Assembly (NCBI GenBank): GCA_964601625.1 | Contig: CAZROC010000003.1 | Span: 31,681 to 95,680, forward strand | Reading direction: 5' to 3' | Length of the DNA: 64,000 bases | DNA from: an uncultured Thermoplasmata archaeon | GTDB lineage: Archaea > Thermoplasmatota > Thermoplasmata > JAGHBH01 | Part shown: positions 61,235-64,000 of the stretch, piece after piece | Layout of the letters: each line of letters starts with the position of its first letter | How positions within the stretch are numbered: the stretch's first letter is position 1 | Translations under genes and position numbers: made by a program | The notes under the pieces: model-generated | Seen by the model: only the letters and a program-made list of their open reading frames with translations | What the model was told of the DNA's origin: nothing | Databases searched by the model: none

Positions 61235-62320
61235 TCAGTCCGCCCAGTAAACTGTGACAGACTCTATGACCACAGGGTCAACGGGCACGTTTTCCATGCC
61301 GTTAACAGTGTGGACAGGAACAGCGGATATTTCTCTGACCACGTCCATGCCGTCAACCACCCTCCCAAAAACAGCGTATGAGCCGTCCAGCTGGTGCTGT
61401 GGACCATCACATATGTAAAACTGGCTTGTGGCAGAGTCTGGGTCGCTAGTGCGGGCCATCGCTATTGCCCCGTCCACGTGTGTTAGAGACGAGTTTATTT
61501 CCAGCGGTATCGGGGGATAGATGGGGGATTTATAGGAGAGGTCCGGGTAATAGCCCCCACCCTGTATAACAAACCCATCAACCACCCGGTGGAAAATCAG
61601 ACCATCATAGAAACCTGACCTGGCGTATTTTATGAAATTCTCAACCGTCGTAGGCGCGTAGAGGGGCTCAAGTTTGACTGTTATGTTTCCAAAGTTTTCC
61701 ACGACTATTCTTGCAAAAACATCTGACACCGGGTTCGTTCCCATCTGGAACTCCTCAAGATTTGCCAACCCGTCCAGGTCAAAGTCCTCTGAGGCATCTG
61801 AGGGGTCCAGCGGGTTGAGATGGTTTTCAACCTCCCACCCATCGGTTATGCCGTCCCCATCGGTGTCGCTGTTGTTCGGGTCCGTGCCGTTTCTGTACTC
61901 GTCAACGTTCATCAAACCGTCTCCATCAAAGTCCTCCTTCGCATCAGCCGGGTCCTCGGGATTGAGACCGTTCGCTTTTTCCCATTCATCAGGAATCCCG
62001 TCCCCGTCTCCGTCAAGAGGAGGTTTCAGAAAGACCAGAAAATATGCCATTATTGAGACAACCACAACCCCCACTACAACAAGAGCGAAAAACTGTTTTT
62101 TCCTGTCCACACCGCCGTTTCCACCTTTTTTTCTCCTGCTTTTGTCAGTCTCAAACTCCTCTGGACTCTTTCCGTGGACCTTGCGGAGGTGTTTTTCATA
62201 GTTTTCCTTTTTAAGAGATACGCCGCACACCGGGCACGTCGTTTTCTCCGAACCCTCCGTTGTTATATCTCCGTCCACACCCGCCACAGTGCCGTTTTCT
62301 CCATGTCCACCGGACGACAT
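61235..62320 (-). CDS. Membrane-anchored cyclophilin-type peptidyl-prolyl isomerase with an N-terminal zinc finger and TSP3-like Ca-binding repeats
   Basis: CPVCG..H..KVH zinc finger and TM FFALVVVGVVVVSIMAYFLVF. Repeated DxDGDGxxD motifs. C-terminal cyclophilin core (FHRVVDGFVIQGG, FGRVV.GMDVV). Confidence 0.8.
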   Translation of the reverse strand: MSSGGHGENGTVAGVDGDITTEGSEKTTCPVCGVSLKKENYEKHLRKVHGKSPEEFETDKSRRKKGGNGGVDRKKQFFALVVVGVVVVSIMAYFLVFLKPPLDGDGDGIPDEWEKANGLNPEDPADAKEDFDGDGLMNVDEYRNGTDPNNSDTDGDGITDGWEVENHLNPLDPSDASEDFDLDGLANLEEFQMGTNPVSDVFARIVVENFGNITVKLEPLYAPTTVENFIKYARSGFYDGLIFHRVVDGFVIQGGGYYPDLSYKSPIYPPIPLEINSSLTHVDGAIAMARTSDPDSATSQFYICDGPQHQLDGSYAVFGRVVDGMDVVREISAVPVHTVNGMENVPVDPVVIESVTVYWAD

Positions 62321-62793
62321 CGCAACACCACCAGATTTCAGCCAGAATCAAAAACACCACATATAAGGGTTATCAAAAAGGTTTCCATGCACACCCGGGG
62401 CGATTTCCATGCCAATTTCCACGCCAAGTTCCGTGCCAAGTCGTGCCACTTTCACATTCCACTTTCACCCGCCAAAAACACTTTCGCTCATCCCCCATGT
62501 TCCCCCTTATAAACCTCCTCTGCATAGTTGTTTATGAGGTGAAAAAAAAATGGAACAGGAACAGGACGTCTATGAGGACTGTTCATGGGACGAGGTTTAC
62601 CGCCTCTACGGCTGCAGCACTTGGTTTGACGCCTGAGACGGAAAAAATCACATGTCATACATTGCGATGAACACGGAGGTTGGCCCTCTCCTCCCCTCCA
62701 ACCTCCATCCCATCCCAACCCCATTCCAACCCCATTCCTAACTTTTCCAGCTTCTTCCAATCTCTTCTGCCACGAACTATCAAAAGATCCGAA

Positions 62794-63816
62794 TCAGATG
62801 ATTCTGACACTTTTTCCCATTGCCTCTATCTCCCTTGCCAGCTTTTTCTTCGCCTGCGTGGACCCATGGACCAAAAAAACCTCTCCCGGGTTGACATCTT
62901 CAACAAAACCCATGAGACCACGGTGGTCAGAGTGGTCGCTTAGTGGAAACTGGGCGTCAACGTCGTACCGATGTCTCATGTTGTACACACTGCACCACCC
63001 GGAGACATATGCGGAGCATCCGCCCATCCTGCGCATGAGACGTGCGAACCCGGAGCCTTTTTTCAGATAGCCTGTAGGCACTACAAAGAGAGAGCCGGGG
63101 CGAAATATTTCCTCTCTAAGCGATTTTTCATCCACATTTAAGCCATCCCCCGTCCATGACTCAAACACATCCATGTCAACTTCGTGGTATTTTATGTCGG
63201 CCCCCCACCGGTTATAAACCTCTGATATGCTGGCTATGGGGGGAGGGACAAAAATGTCCACTCCGGCCGTCTCCCCTATTTTCATAACCTCCTGGGCTTT
63301 ACCAAACTCATAGGCGCCTATCGCGATCGGTCCCTCATTTGACAGCGCACTTATCCACCCTATAATATCCTCCACGACATCCTTTTTGGGCGGGAAAACA
63401 AACCGTGGATCGCCATAAGTGGCCTCCATGACCAGGACATCAACGTCAAAATCGGTGCTGGGGGGCGGGGACATGAAACCGCCCTCAACGTTGAAATCCC
63501 CCGTGTAGAGAACACTGTCCTCCACCAGAACCATAACCGAACCCAGCACGTGTCCGGAGTGAAAGAACTCAACTTCCATACCACCATAGTTTTTTCTCCC
63601 GCCAACGTCCAGGGTGAGAGCGTCCTCTTCTCCCTTCCGTATCTTCAGAACATCCTTTGTGTGCGGGGTCATAAGAGCGCCGCCAACCAGGTGGTCCATG
63701 TGGCCATGGCTGACCACCGCACACTCCCTTTTGCCGTGCGGGTCCAGAACAAGCTTTTTTCCATCTTTTGCCACTGCAACACCGCTCTCTTTTGTTATCT
63801 CAAACCCGCCACTCAT
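62794..63816 (-). CDS. MBL-fold / beta-CASP-like nuclease
   Basis: HGHMDH metallo-beta-lactamase motif and C-terminal SDHSD / VHG beta-CASP-like motifs. 340 aa. Confidence 0.7.
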   Translation of the reverse strand: MSGGFEITKESGVAVAKDGKKLVLDPHGKRECAVVSHGHMDHLVGGALMTPHTKDVLKIRKGEEDALTLDVGGRKNYGGMEVEFFHSGHVLGSVMVLVEDSVLYTGDFNVEGGFMSPPPSTDFDVDVLVMEATYGDPRFVFPPKKDVVEDIIGWISALSNEGPIAIGAYEFGKAQEVMKIGETAGVDIFVPPPIASISEVYNRWGADIKYHEVDMDVFESWTGDGLNVDEKSLREEIFRPGSLFVVPTGYLKKGSGFARLMRRMGGCSAYVSGWCSVYNMRHRYDVDAQFPLSDHSDHRGLMGFVEDVNPGEVFLVHGSTQAKKKLAREIEAMGKSVRII

Positions 63817-63843
63817 ATCGCACCATCACTCCAAGACAACATT

Positions 63844-64000
63844 TCACCGCTTTTTTTCCTCAAGCACAAACCTGTACCTCACAGGAGCCCTGTAGAATAT
63901 GCCACTCCAGTAGCCACAGACAGGACACACGTGGGCCAGGGACACCACGCCCCCATATATTGTCATGTTTTTTACAACATCTGTCCTGCTGCTGCACACC
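63844..64000 (-). CDS. 3' end of an unidentified gene that runs off the window
   Basis: My own translation of the minus strand gives ..VKNMTIYGGVVSLAHVCPVCGYWSGIFYRAPVRYRFVLEEKKR*, with a stop at 63844-46. It lies 27 nt upstream of the next minus-strand gene. Confidence 0.3.
   Translation of the reverse strand, partial: VCSSRTDVVKNMTIYGGVVSLAHVCPVCGYWSGIFYRAPVRYRFVLEEKKR

Overview
This window is an archaeal chromosomal segment. The evidence is a set of archaea-specific genes: geranylgeranyl reductase, GGGP and DGGGP synthases, Orc1/Cdc6, Hel308, RtcB, TrmY, RibL, archaeal-type riboflavin synthase, eL41, SepF and ADP-forming acetyl-CoA synthetase. Many genes have a TATA-like box about 25-30 nt upstream of the ATG, which suggests leaderless mRNAs. 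Others have GGAGG-type Shine-Dalgarno (SD) sequences or overlapping stop/start codons. Proteins are rich in E/K/R, as in thermophiles. The content is mostly housekeeping:
- ether-lipid genes (Tes-like radical SAM, ferredoxin and GGR; DGGGPS and GGGPS)
- a four-gene PDH1/sarcosine-oxidase-like flavoenzyme cluster
- NikR next to a four-subunit sulfhydrogenase-type [NiFe] hydrogenase
- two glutamine-synthetase paralogs
- a ribB-ribL-ribC operon
- three aminoacyl-tRNA synthetases (Tyr, Glu, His)
- a formiminotransferase/cyclodeaminase pair
- a cluster with OsmC, TusA, DsrE, cysteine desulfurase and IscU
- several large N-glycosylation-sequon-rich surface proteins

I found 4 tRNA genes (Val-GAC, Leu-TAA, Arg-TCT, Gln-TTG). 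I found no rRNA, no CRISPR array and no integrase or transposase. Three small genes are missing from the ORF track: eL41 (high confidence), a 50-aa Cys-rich ORF and a 28-aa ORF (both lower confidence).

The most unusual items are:
1. A roughly 237-nt highly structured non-coding segment lies directly upstream of the riboflavin operon.
2. Two consecutive E/K/R-rich coiled-coil genes are fused behind hisS. One is a 500-aa double-zinc-ribbon protein. The other is a 1198-aa helix-hairpin-helix protein with about 1000 aa of uninterrupted charged helix.
3. Hairpin-plus-tRNA-3'-end copies sit 73-93 nt downstream of three of the four tRNA genes and at the window edge.
4. A stand-alone small protein carries an NrdD-type glycyl-radical C-terminal motif.

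All homology statements come from motif recognition by eye. No searches were run.
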